From Saccostrea echinata (lineage: Eukaryota), in contig NW_026889805.1 in the NCBI RefSeq assembly GCF_033153115.1, positions 3,472,001 through 3,536,000 of the forward strand: 64,000 nt of DNA, written 5' to 3'. The notes below the pieces were generated by a model. That model did not search any database. It was not told the DNA's origin and worked only from the letters and a program-made list of their open reading frames with translations. The position numbers were made by a program, and so were the translations under genes. Below, one piece after another: positions 26,126 through 37,809 of the stretch (its first letter is position 1; every line of letters begins with the position of its first letter).

Positions 26126-26466
26126 TGTAATGGTTTGAGCAGTGGATATCGGCCAGGGTAGCTCAGTCGGTAGAGCACCTGACTAGTGATGCAGGGGTCC
26201 CGGATTCGATTCCCGATCCAGCCATACATTTACAGGTTTGGTGCCGTTGACCATCCCTGGACTTGCAGGTGAAATCCTGCCAGGGGCTAATAAGAAATTG
26301 GGTTGTGTCTTCGAGGGCGAAGACAATTAAGGAGGGAGGAATGTAATGGTTTGGGCCGTGGATATCGGCCTGGGTAGCTCAGTCGATAGAGCACCTGACT
26401 AGTGATGCCGGGGTCCCGGGTTCGATTCCCGGTCCAGCCATACACATTTTCTCCTTTCCTGTTACA
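26126..26466 (+). mobile_element. TRIM (miniature LTR retrotransposon) with tRNA-like sequence inside each LTR
   Basis: LTR1 26126-26234 and LTR2 26342-26466 (TGTAAT...TTACA). PBS TGGTGCCGT at 26239 is complementary to the tRNA-His 3' end. PPT AAGGAGGGAGGA precedes LTR2, and a 4-bp TSD TGTA flanks the element. Each LTR has an A-box (TAGCTCAGTCGG) and a B-box (GTTCGATTCC) like segment. Confidence 0.8.
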
Positions 26467-26596
26467 TGTATATAAGCCCCCGATTTGACGAGGTTGATGA
26501 TGAAACGAAAACTCAGTATAAACATCTCTTTCCTTCCGCTGGTTTTTGGTTTTGTATTTCACAGTCTAGGTCCTGTTTTTATTAGGAATTAATCAA

Positions 26597-29500
26597 ATGG
26601 ATGCACCGAAAATAAAGCCTCCTCCCCGGCGTGCCCCTCTTCCTGCAGAAACAGAAGGTAGGGTATCGGGGGTGCGGTATGGGTGGTGGGATGAGATCTT
26701 ACCCGAGTAATATATATATTTACTAGATGAAATCCCGCGCAAGCGCAGGGAATTGAATTTATACCACTACATATACCGACAGAAAAAATCTAATAATATA
26801 TATATATTGTAGTTTCTACTGACAGCCTACAGGCTTATAGCAGGAAGAAATACTTTGTTCAAAATCCCGCATGAAGTAGAAGTACGTCTCCAACCACCCC
26901 CCCCCCCCCTTGTAAAACTTATTAATTGACGTTTATTGTGAACCTGTTTTATACTATGTTATGGATATTGTATATACTATGTTATGGATATTGTACTTCA
27001 GATGGTCTTATTTCATTTCCGTCAAGAATAAAAGCAGTGAATATGCACAATTTACTGAGAAATAGATTTCTTTTTTGGTAAAAATTCACAGGTACTTGGG
27101 TCTTGGTTTATAAATATGTATGTACCTTATTGATATGTAAAAACTGTACCTTACCTCTTTTTTTACATATCAATAAGGTACATACATATTTATAATCCAA
27201 GACCCAAGAACCCGTGTAAAAATTAGCTTTTATATAACGTCCTATGAATACACTGGCGGATTTAGAGGGGGGCCCAGCCCCCCTCCCGTTTTCTGTCCAA
27301 AATATACATAGAATTTAATAAATCAATTTTTTTGGTGTGTCCGTGGGCCCCTATCCCAACCCCAAACTGCCCCCCCCCCCCCCTTTCAAGATTTCTGGAT
27401 CCGCCACTGGAATAGGCCGAATATTTGATACAAAAGACTGTATTAAAAAAAACTGAAATGTATTGATTATTAAAGCACAAAATTTTACAGCATTATTGTA
27501 TTTCAATAATGCCTTATTCGTTAATATTCTCTTTTCATGTAAGCAAGTTTATAACGAAGTACAAATTGTACTTCGGGTTCGTTGCCACGATGCTCTCAGT
27601 GAGGAATATATACAAATTTTACCGATAAATGTATTAGGAAAACCTACTATATATATGAAATAGTCTTTCGATATATAAATATACTCACAACTTACAGTGT
27701 TATCAATGATTTACCATTATTTCAATGACCATTCACACAAAAGCTTTTTTTATGTTAAAGCAGCTATAATCGCTTCGTTTTTCTTTTTAACATCGGGCTC
27801 GATGCTATATGTTGTTCTAGAAGTTTCCGTCAATATTACGATCGGTGAATGACAAAAATAATTTGCACGTTTTCCTTTTTAATCGGTTATCACAACTTAT
27901 TTCTTTTATATCATTTAATTCAAGTTTTGATTGAATAAGTCAGTAATCACGTTTAATGAAATAAATAAACGATTGCTTGTTGTCAGTTTCATTAAAAATT
28001 GCCAGTAACTTAGATCCGCCAACCGGAAACGCCACCGTACTCACGTTTTTGCTATTTCATGGCTGTTTATAGAAAATAAAAGTATACTTTTAATTTAATT
28101 TACGATACTTACAATGCAAGTGAAATTTAAATATAGTTTACGGACATCATCTTGTATCGTGTGTATTCTTAGAGGAGTAAGTAAGAACTCTGGTTCACCC
28201 GTTTCGGAGTTTATTTGCAAAATTTATTAATTTATAAGTATAGATATATAATATGTGCGTGTGTGAGAGAGTGTGTGTGTGTGTGTCTATAGGTGTTTAG
28301 TTACTTTTAGTGAGTTTCACAAGGAAATTGTTTAATTGCAGACTTAAGTCCGGACGTCTCTCTTCTCTACGTGGGAGTCTTCCTCATCTTGGTCGCATTA
28401 GTAATATTTGCAGTCCTCATTGTAATATATACTCGAGCACTGAAGCAGACAAGAGGTGAGCTTATAATAAAAGTGGAACAGCTGATAAAAGAGAAATTCT
28501 GCTATTGGTATCCTAACACAGGAGAGGAAATCGTACCATTTACGTCCAATTTATTTATACAAATTTAACTTACAGAACAATTTTTTTGAATCAAACAAAA
28601 GTACAATGATGCGCATTGAAGTGGTAAAATGTTTCGTTTGAATGGAATGTTTGGGTCTTTCTTATCGAAAGTCTGTTGTTACATAATGACACGCCCATTT
28701 CTATAGAACTGAGAAAGCAATATTCGTCGCAATGTTTTTAAACACCCCACTTTCTGAGACTAGAAAAGCGAGGTATGCTGAAATGGGGATATTATGAAGT
28801 TGTGAAAGAGAGTGAGACACTCCCCGCTTATGTAAAAACATATTTTGCAACGATGTAAGCATCCCCTGTCGACCGGTCACACTCGCCATGTGCTCCTTGT
28901 CAAAATAGGGCAAACGAAAACAGTAGACAATATGCCGTAGACAATTCAGTGTGAAAATAATGGCCTAACAATATGTATGAAAAACGTCATTCAATATTCT
29001 ACTTAACGATAGACTGTATTTGCTAACAAGATCATTGTATCGAGCATAGAATTTGCGAAATGTTGACTTTAAACTAGACTGTTTATATCCTTGTATCATC
29101 AACTTATTTGTCTGTAGCTTGTCTTGTTTTAGATATTGTTCGTACGTAGAGCTTTCACCTGTCACTCCCTGGACATGGCACGGCACCAAATGTAACCGGA
29201 GAGAAGATAAATGCAACGGACCAGACCGGGATTCGAACTAGGGCCCCCTGAATCTCCAGTCAGGTGCTCTAGCAACTAAGCTATCTTACCACCGGCGATC
29301 GAATCCGTCTGACCGCCACATTCCTCCCTCTTAAAGGTCTGACCGCCACATTTTTATTTCAAAGCATTTTCTTTTTGCCCCTCCCCCTCGATCCCCAAAC
29401 TATATCCCTCCCGACAACTTTAGATTACTGTCTACCTATGGACATTCTCTATAGGTTTGTTTATGCTTTTTTCCTTATGGCAAAGTCCATGTATGTTGGT

Positions 29501-30961
29501 TAAGTCTTATCATAACTATAAAATGAACGGTACCTTTGGCTTTCCATAGTAACTTTGAATAACTCCAGATAGCCAGTTGCGTACATGTACCTATGGTTCA
29601 GTACATCGAGTCGAGTTAGTTGAGACATACTAGTAGTTCTGTTGTACGCTATAGGCCTAAAGCTGAATCTAGAATTACTCAAAATAAAATGTCGAAGGCT
29701 AGCAAGTTATCTAATTTCACAAGCACTTCAAAATAAGGTTCAACGAAATTGAAATAAAAAATTGCTGTGAAAAAATGAAAACAAAATATAAGTTTTTGCA
29801 CTGCAAAGAGGGAAAACTGGAAGAGGTCTTGGGAATTAATTTGAGGAATATCCTGGTGATTTTAGAAACAATACCAAAACGCAAGACAGAGATAAATAAG
29901 GAAAGTACAATGTATTGATTAAAATTTTCAATTCAATAACAAATGATACTTCTCTGTAGAAGAAATATGAAAATAACGAACAAGCTCAAAAGTCCATTGG
30001 AACAATACATATCGGAAGCAGAGCAAACACGAACCTCTAAAAAAGATCCATGGAGATGTAAGCAAATCACAAGTAAACATTTTGCACATCATGTGTACGA
30101 AATAAATAATGTACCTTATACAACTTAAAAGAAACAAACTCACCAGACCCTCGCGGGTTAATTTTCTGATTTACTTGTAGATAAAGGACTAGAGGAGACG
30201 CCGGAACAATCTAAAGACAGGTGGGTGATTTACCTCCAGATTTGGGACTACAAGGACAATATAAGATCAAAAAGGTTTTTTACTGGTACATAAAAGTGTT
30301 TAAAAGGATTAAGGGAAAATGGATGGGTTCTTACTTTTAAATGTAGGGGCACAAAGACATCTAATATTAGGTATATTGTATTTATTTAATATGCTGATGT
30401 ATTTATTTAATATGCTGATGACAAACTGGGATATTGGGTAGGTATTTTCTTTCAGAATTTGCACTTCAGATCTGTAAGATTTGATATGTTATTTACTTGA
30501 AGATTTCGGGATAGAGGGATACGTAATATTAGGCTAATTCATTATAGTTGGTAAATATGAGCAAGTTTTTACGTGTAAATCTCTATGCCTTTTCTGTGGT
30601 CCACTGTCTTCTCTTTTTGTATTTTTACAGATGAGTTTGATAAGGAGTTCGCCAGTCATATTTCCTCGCCAAAATTATCTCTGCATGAAGCATGTGTTTG
30701 ACAAAGGAGTCACAGTTACCCACTTAAAGTTTCTTTTAATTTTCCAGATATATTTGCTGAAGATTTCAATTCCAAATACTAATAATAAATATTTGTATAC
30801 ATATAATTTTCAGTAAAGTATGTACAGAGATGGGAGGAAAAAGGGAACCTAACCGTTACGCCAATATGAGTGGTAGACAGTACGCTGATCTGACAGTCCC
30901 CAGCCCCAGGGGTCACGCCTATACCCCTGTCCAACCTGCCTACGTAGAAATCATCAGCTGA
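26597..30961 (+). CDS. Predicted type III single-pass membrane adaptor with four cytoplasmic tyrosine motifs (~126 aa)
   Basis: Exons 26597-26657 (MDAPKIKPPPRRAPLPAETE), 28342-28455 (DLSPDVSLLYVGVFLILVALVIFAVLIVIYTRALKQTR, TM followed by basic residues), 30181-30220 (DKGLEETPEQSKD), optional 30456-30473 (RICTSD), 30814-30961 (LKVCTEMGGKREPNRYANMSGRQYADLTVPSPRGHAYTPVQPAYVEIIS*). Phases are consistent and AATAAA lies at 30977. The first exon could instead be ~28114-28180. Confidence 0.62.
27087..27216. mobile_element. Fully palindromic ~130-bp MITE with 8-bp TSD
   Basis: CACAGGTACTTGGGTCTTGG...CCAAGACCCAAGAACCCGTG, flanked by TAAAAATT on both sides. Confidence 0.8.
27251..27409. mobile_element. 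MITE with CAGTGGCGGAT-type TIRs and 5-bp TSD
   Basis: cactggcggattt...ggatccgccactg, flanked by GAATA on both sides. Confidence 0.7.
28850..29150 (-). mobile_element. Penelope-like retroelement 3' fragment (RT C-terminal region)
   Basis: Encodes TYEQYLKQDKLQTNKLMIQGYKQSSLKSTFRKFYARYNDLVSKY, followed by GTGTGACCGGTCGACAGGGGATGCTTAC. The family assignment is from recall of bivalve Penelope-like elements. Confidence 0.6.
29155..29335 (-). mobile_element. TRIM-related fragment (PPT-LTR-PBS)
   Basis: The minus strand reads GAGGGAGGAA, then TGTGGCGG...tRNA-like...GGTTACA, then TTTGGTGCCGTGCC, the same organisation as the element at 26126. Confidence 0.65.
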
Positions 30962-31419
30962 TGTTCTCAGTTATACAATAAATGTTATAATTCAGGATTT
31001 CTCTCTCGTTCTAATCTTCATGCTAAAAAAACACAATATAATTCATCATACGTTTTTGGTTTATCATTGGTTCATTTTTTTCTGATTGGATTGACGTATT
31101 TATCAAACAAAAAACCGCTTTTAAGCAATATTATTACACGTACATTTCGTCCCGCCTATAAAAATGAGAATTTCGAACTTCAGGAATTATTACCGACTGA
31201 TTGATATTTTCCTCGATATAGACAATATGTCATCGGTCTGGATCTGGACCGCACCTTTCACACGCTATAAAGGCAAACTCCTAAAACAATGCCTCATTAT
31301 ATATGCCATACTGACGCATCTCATTAGCATATCTTATATGCATTTAATGAATACCTCTTAAATAAGCATTGACAAATCTAAAATTTAAGAGAACAGAAAA
31401 GATTTAGTGTCGCTCTAAG

Positions 31420-32842
31420 ATGAATTGCAAAATTATTTACAGTTTATTTGTGGTACAATTTTTCCAGCTTTATACTGAGGGACAATCTACAGGTACATAT
31501 TTGCTTTGTTTTTCTCTTTTCTAAAAGTTATAGACCCTTAAATTTTAATTCTTATGTTTTTAAATGTAAACTTTAAGATGTATTTCAACAAACTGTTCAT
31601 CTAGGCCATGGAGGTACGCGATATGTGGTTATGTTTCCGGATGGAAACAGACCAGTGACCAGGGCAGAACTGTTGATGTCGAGTCTACAGGACACGGAAG
31701 TGAGGTTGACTTCCGGTTTTCCTGGCATTGATAGAGTGCTGCAGCTGAAAGCAAACGAAGGCGCCGTAGTCTCTCTTCCTCCAGAAGTGGTGTTAGATGG
31801 GAACAAGAGGGAGGATAAAGGGATCATTATTGAATCGGATTTCCCCATTTATGTTTATGGACATTCCGGTGACGATTGTTGCGCGGGGGAGGGATTTCAG
31901 GCTATCCCTGTTGATTTCTGGGGTACGGAGTACTATACCGCTACCCAGTACAACAGCACGGTAGCTTTAGTAGCAACGGAAGACGATACGGAAGTAAGCG
32001 TCACAAAGGGATTCTGGGGTGGCGTGACCTTTGAATCAATCTATTATGGAATGGGGGAAAATATTACGTTTAATCTCACAGCGGGACAAACTGCGCAACT
32101 GCAAACTCCTAGCGGTTATCTCCTGGGCACCCGAGTGTACTCTAGCAAACCTGTTGGAGTTATCTCCGGTCAGTACTACGCGTCTCCATCCAGTCGGAGA
32201 GCTAAATTTAACCAAATGATTGAATTTATCCCTCCGTCCAGGAGTCTCGGCACGGACTTCATTATTCCTCCTGTGTTTAATTCTACCTACATCAACATAT
32301 ACTACAGCAATCTGGGAGTCGACAATGTAATCTCGACAAAGGGGAAAAACGTTAATCTTTCGAGTAAGTTACAAAGGCGAGGGGGTTCCAGAATCACAGC
32401 CGGGGCCGCCAATCCTTATCACGGCTCCAGCACAGAACCCATCATTGTGACGGCTTCACCTCTTACCATTAGTCCTTTTATGCTCTTTGTACCCTCTCTG
32501 GACCAATACTCAAACAATTACAAATTCCTCACCCCGACAAAAGCGAACCTGACCCATTACATTGTAATCCTCGTCAGAAGCCAGGACGAGAACGGGATCC
32601 GGCTGGATGGGGACAAGATATACTCCAAAATAGAGGGCGTGGATGTTCTGCTCATAAATGAGGTCATATACCTCGTTATTTCAGCGGAAGTGAGTGCGGG
32701 ACAGCACCAGGTTTCACATCAGGATCCTAATGTAAATTTTGGTTTAATTTTGTATGGCTTTGACGACACTCAGTCCTATGCTTATCCTGCCGGGCTTGGC
32801 TTGCCTTCCGCCTCGTCTCCAGCAGCTGTAATGCCTCTATAG
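31420..32842 (+). CDS. Secreted IgGFc-binding protein N-terminal domain (FCGBP-like) protein, ~436 aa
   Basis: Exon 1 31420-31492 encodes a signal-peptide-like segment (MNCKIIYSLFVVQFFQLYTEGQST, phase 1). Exon 2 31605-32842 is in frame with the 405-aa ORF. Family-like motifs: EGFQAIPVDFWGTEY, SSKPVGVISG, MIEFIPP, PFMLFVPSLDQY, GIRLDG, HQVSH, FGLILYGF..QSYAYPAG. Confidence 0.85.
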
Positions 32843-33514
32843 AGGAGTTCCTTATAGTCAGTAGCTGCCTTTAACTTCGCCAATGTCTGTAATGTCTGAA
32901 GACTGCCTTCACTTCATCAATGTCTGTAATGTTGCAAAAGTTGTGTCGTCATTTGTGCATACTTTCCGTCCCATACCTGAAAAATCTTTTAAACATGCAT
33001 TAAAAAAAGTTTTCGGTTGAACATATATCACTGTCATTTTCGTTGAAGTTTTTCTGAGTTGTTTTTGTATATTTTTATGTCTACACATGTACATCAATAT
33101 ATATATATAATATACATGTATTATTAATACTTAGTAATTGATAATTTCATATTGTTGAAAGACATCTGCATGGCTCTTTCTTAATAAATGCGCCTATTTG
33201 TGAACAATGCTCAGTTTATAAAAATACTGCTTTTAATTGTCTCCCAGATAAGATTGTGAAAGGCGTGGTTTCCCAGATATTACAGGGTACCTATACAACT
33301 ATACATATAAATATCTACTTTTTTTTCTTTTTGATAATTTATGATAAATTATTCTATATGACTCTATAAATGACAGATAGAAAGAATGTAATGATTCAAC
33401 TAATCTAATCTATGCATTGTATGTAACATGTATGTGATGTTTTGTTTTCTAATAAATAATACATGTATTTAAAAAAAAAAATACTGCTTTGTTAATGCAT
33501 ACCAAAAGACTCTA

Positions 33515-34740
33515 ATTTTTAGTTCACCTGAGCCAAAGGCTAAAAGTGAGTTTTTCTGATCGAGGAGTGTCCGTCGTCTGTCTGTTTGCCGTGTGCTGTT
33601 TGTAAACTTCTCACATTTTCGACTTCTCCAGACTGAACCATGCCCTGGACCAATTTCAAACTTGCCAAAAACATCCTTGGTTAAAGGGGATTCAAGTTTG
33701 TTCAGCTGAGGAGCCATGTCGTTTTTTCAGGGGAGATAATTAAGAATTCATAATGATAAACATTTGGTAGCATCTTTTAAAACTGTATTGTTGGATGAAT
33801 CAAGAATATCAACAGTCTCGTTTAAAGATATCATTTCGTAAGTTCTATGGTCGATACAATGACCTTGTCAGCAAATACAATCTATCATTTATCAAATGTT
33901 GACTGACTTTTTTTCATACTAATTCTTAGGCCATTATTTAAACACTGAATTGTTGACGGATTTTTCTGTTATTTACCGATCATGACAAGGGGCACGCGGC
34001 GGGTGTGACCGGTCGGCAGGGGATGCTCACTCCTCCATGGCGCCTGATCCCATCTCTGATTTTGGAGGTCCGTGTTTGCTCTGCTCCGGATTTGTATTAT
34101 TTTAATGGACTTTGGGCTTGAATACTGTTCGTTATCTCCATATTTCATTACAAACAAAAATTCATGAAGATTCAGCGTAAAGATCTTTAATTCGAGAACG
34201 ATCGCATGACCTTTCGAAAGCTGAAAAGTTAAAACACATACTTTTGTTTACTGGTTAGAATTTCATAGTTTAGCACCTATTTACCTCATGCCATGTTCAA
34301 GAATTTTGTTTATTGAATGAAGGACACTATTTGGCCACTGTTATTTTTCTCTTGAGTTCTGATTCCATCAAAATAACCAGCTTTTTCAAATCATTAATAT
34401 ACACTCGTGAAATCTCCTGTTTACGGTTAAAGCGATACTATTAAGTTCGCAAGTATATTATAAGTCGTTGTAATTATTATTGTCGAACTACAATAATTAT
34501 ATTTTAATCTTCGAATTTCTTTTTCTTTTGAACAGATGCGAACTAGAGTGTGTAACTTTAGGAAATTGAAAAACTTTAACACTGTAAATGAATGATGGTG
34601 CTAAATCACAATTATCTAAGATCAAAAAGATCGGATCAGCTGTAAAACTCTTCTCCTCAAGAACCTCTGGGCCAGAAAACATGAAACTTATTTGAAAGCA
34701 TCCTGACAGTGTGTATATTCAGGTTTGTTCAAATCATAGT
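33515..34740 (+). mobile_element. Fragmented HINE-like element split by other insertions
   Basis: 5' end ttttagttcacctgagccaaaggct...gtccgtcgtctgtctg at 33515-33780. A monomer remnant resumes at ~34640-34740. Confidence 0.55.
33815..34150 (+). mobile_element. Penelope-like 3' fragment, same family
   Basis: tttcgtaagttctatggtcgatacaatgaccttgtcagcaaatac (FRKFYGRYNDLVSKY), then gtgtgaccggtcggcaggggatgctcactcctcc...cctgatccc. Confidence 0.6.
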
Positions 34741-34916
34741 CATGGTTTCGAGTCAGAGTGAAACTCATTCATAGTAATGCAAATTAAATTCACTTTGGGG
34801 TTTTAAAGAGCTGAGAGATTCAAAAATGTTTTTGGATATCTTGTCAAATGATACAAAGGTGGGCTTTTCAACGATAAGTCCGACTTCCATTATGAATACT
34901 GTGTTCAAGGTTACAA

Positions 34917-35279
34917 CACACACTTCCAAAATATAAACGAGTCTCTATTTTCTCGAAAATATCATGTGTCCGTTCAATAAATCTTCTGATTACAACAGTT
35001 ATAAAGCACTAAGAATGTGGTAAAGGTTAAAGAGATTAGCAGGAGAAAGTGCTTGCAAAAATATGATAGGTAACATGTGCCTTGGAAATCAGCCTCGAAG
35101 AGGGGAACTCCCCGTTTGTTTATAATTTTTGTTTCCTACCTTGAGTATTATTATAATACCGTATATATGATCATTTTTTAAACCTTAACCGATATAACAG
35201 AATGACATATAGATGGAATTGATGAAGAAATCACATATTTTTCGAGAAAATAGACCCGTTATATTTTGGAAAGTAAGTG
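34917..35279. mobile_element. TIR element with ~45-bp imperfect inverted repeats
   Basis: cacttccaaaatataaacgagtctctattttctcgaaaatat versus atatttttcgagaaaatagacccgttatattttggaaagtaagtg. Confidence 0.55.
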
Positions 35280-36139
35280 GAGGGGCTATGAAGAAATGTA
35301 TTTTATCCACGCTTCAGGTGCTTATGATGTAACAAATATGCTATATATATTTTTTTCGTAACATGCAGGCCCGTAGCAACGGTTTGAAAAGGGGGCACCC
35401 CCAAAAAAAAATTAAAAAAGAAAAATCTTATCTGCCCAAATAGTTGGGAAGGGGGGGGGGGTCTGACTAGCAAAGAAGAAAAAAAACCCAAACAAACAAA
35501 CAAACAAAACAAAAAAAACAAACAAACAAAAACCAGTGAAAAAATAAACTGTACAAATAGTGTGGGGAAGGGGCAATCTCCCAAAAACATCTTTGACAAG
35601 CAAATATAATTTTACAAAAAACTGAACTATCCAAATTATTTCGTTGGTGGTGGAAAGGGGGGGGGGGGGTAGGGACCTTTCCTTTACTTTTTAGTACATT
35701 TTTTTATCTTCAGATCCTGGAATTTGCCGGTGCTCGACCTTACAGCAGCAAGAAGTCAAGAAGTGGGGGGGGGGCAGCATCTAGATGAAAATTTACTGTA
35801 GTAAATTACTATACTCAGGAAAGGGGGGGGGTCGTCCCCCCGTCGGCAAGGGTTTAACATAAGATCCAGTCTAGAGGGTGTAAGTTTGTGAGGACCATTA
35901 ACTAGTCTAATTCATATTTTATATCTCTTTGATCGGATTCTACTTGTTGATATTTCGTAATTTGCATTGTTTTGTGATCTTGAATTCATTCATTACTTCT
36001 CAACAGTTAAGATAGATTTCCGGGATTTATAATTCCGTCAAAAGCAGGTTTGGCATTTACCTATGTGTAATATCCGCTTTACCTGTGTTCCAAAAATTCA
36101 ATGAATGTGTACAGGTAGATGTTTTAAAAAAGATATAAA

Positions 36140-37705
36140 ATGAAGAGCACAGTCGTCCTTTTGGGGCTTTTAGGATTAATATGTTCATGTAAGTAATATT
36201 TTATTTTTGTTTAGCTCTGAAAATCATTATTTTTTGAGGTGTAATATGTTTATGACCAATGGCGGAAGTGACTGATTCATATAAAAAGCTATTTCTGAAA
36301 CAAGTAAATTATGAAAGAATATTTTATTTATGTGGCATTAAAATGGACGAAAGGGCTGAAATTCTTTAAACAAAGGCCCTTATTCTCTTCTGAAATTTAC
36401 TGAATATAGACAGTTTAAACATGACTGTGTACTGTAATATTAAAAGAAGCAATAATAAAACTTGCCAGAGTAGAAAATTTAAAAATATAACGTTTAAAAA
36501 TGACAGTCACTTATGACTTATTTTCGTTTACGTTATTTAGAATTGCTGTCATTTATGATAAGTTAAAAATTTTATTCTCCTTATAATTGACGATTTTCCA
36601 TTGCAGGTTTTGCTCTGGAATGCTATGTTTGTCTGGGACAGAGAACAAATAAAGACAAATGTATAAAAACCACCATTCAATGTGAGAAAGAACAGGATGC
36701 CTGTAAAACACAAATACGATGGCAGCGTAAGTACAGTTCACTAAAACACAAATACGATGGCAGCGTAAGTACAGTTCAAATTAAGAGGAGGAAATTTGTT
36801 CTTTCAAATGTCAAGTATCTCAAAGAGGGAGATATGTAAGAATCACTTTCTTGGGTCTGTATAGTAATGGTATGCGGAGATCTGTAGGAACGAAATAAAC
36901 ATACCATGGTAGCATTTGTTTCCTACCTCCAAAATAAATAATCAGTTTTTTAGTAAATAAGATACTGCATTATTATACAAACTACATGTACAATGTACAT
37001 GTATTAGTTGAAATCAATTTTGAACAATTACCAGTCAGTATTTGTTATGTAAATTTGCATTGTGAAATTTCTTTACATAATAAAGAGTTTATGCAGTGTT
37101 CTTTTTTCTCCATCAGAGCCCAAGTTTTGGCAGAGAGTCAGCGAGAGGTATCACAACATCTCTAAATCTTGTGAGACAAAATCTCGCTGTGATGCTGAGG
37201 CCCAGGAGAAGGGATTCCGATGCATGAGGGACTGGTATCGAGACTGGGACTGTGTGGAGTGTTGTCAAGGAGACCGATGTAATTACTATGCAACGGTATG
37301 TGTTGTCAGGGTAACCAGTAAGTAACACAATAAAAACTGTTAGAAACAGCTTTGACAATGTTTCACTATCAAATTTATTTAATAGTTATTTTAACTTAAT
37401 CACAGTTTAGATCTTCATAAGGTGGTTAAATACCGATAGTTAAACTGGCATAATATCAACTTGTCAGTAATATGTACCATATGGTATACTGTCTATCAAG
37501 AATTTTTGCATTTTATTGAGTTTAATAATTTTGGCAATTTGATCAAATAATGGTAGGATTCAAATTTCTTCTTTTGTAATTTTGATCTGCAGTTAAGTTT
37601 TTAGCTCACCTGAGCGGAAGGCTGAAGTGAGCTTTTCTGATCACATTTTGTCTGTAGTCCGTCTGTCCGTCTGTCTGTCCGTCTGTCCGTCTGTAAACTT
37701 TTCAC

Positions 37706-37760
<55 letters not shown>

Positions 37761-37763
37761 AGT

Positions 37764-37809
<46 letters not shown>

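Noticed and set aside
26152-26440. Two apparent tRNA-Thr(AGT) genes
   Set aside because: The stems are imperfect and both copies lie inside the LTRs of a TRIM with PBS, PPT and TSD, so they are repeat-derived.
30855-30958. Canonical ITAM in the TM adaptor tail
   Set aside because: The spacings between YxxPhi motifs are 4, 9 and 3 residues, outside the YxxL/I-x6-8-YxxL/I consensus.
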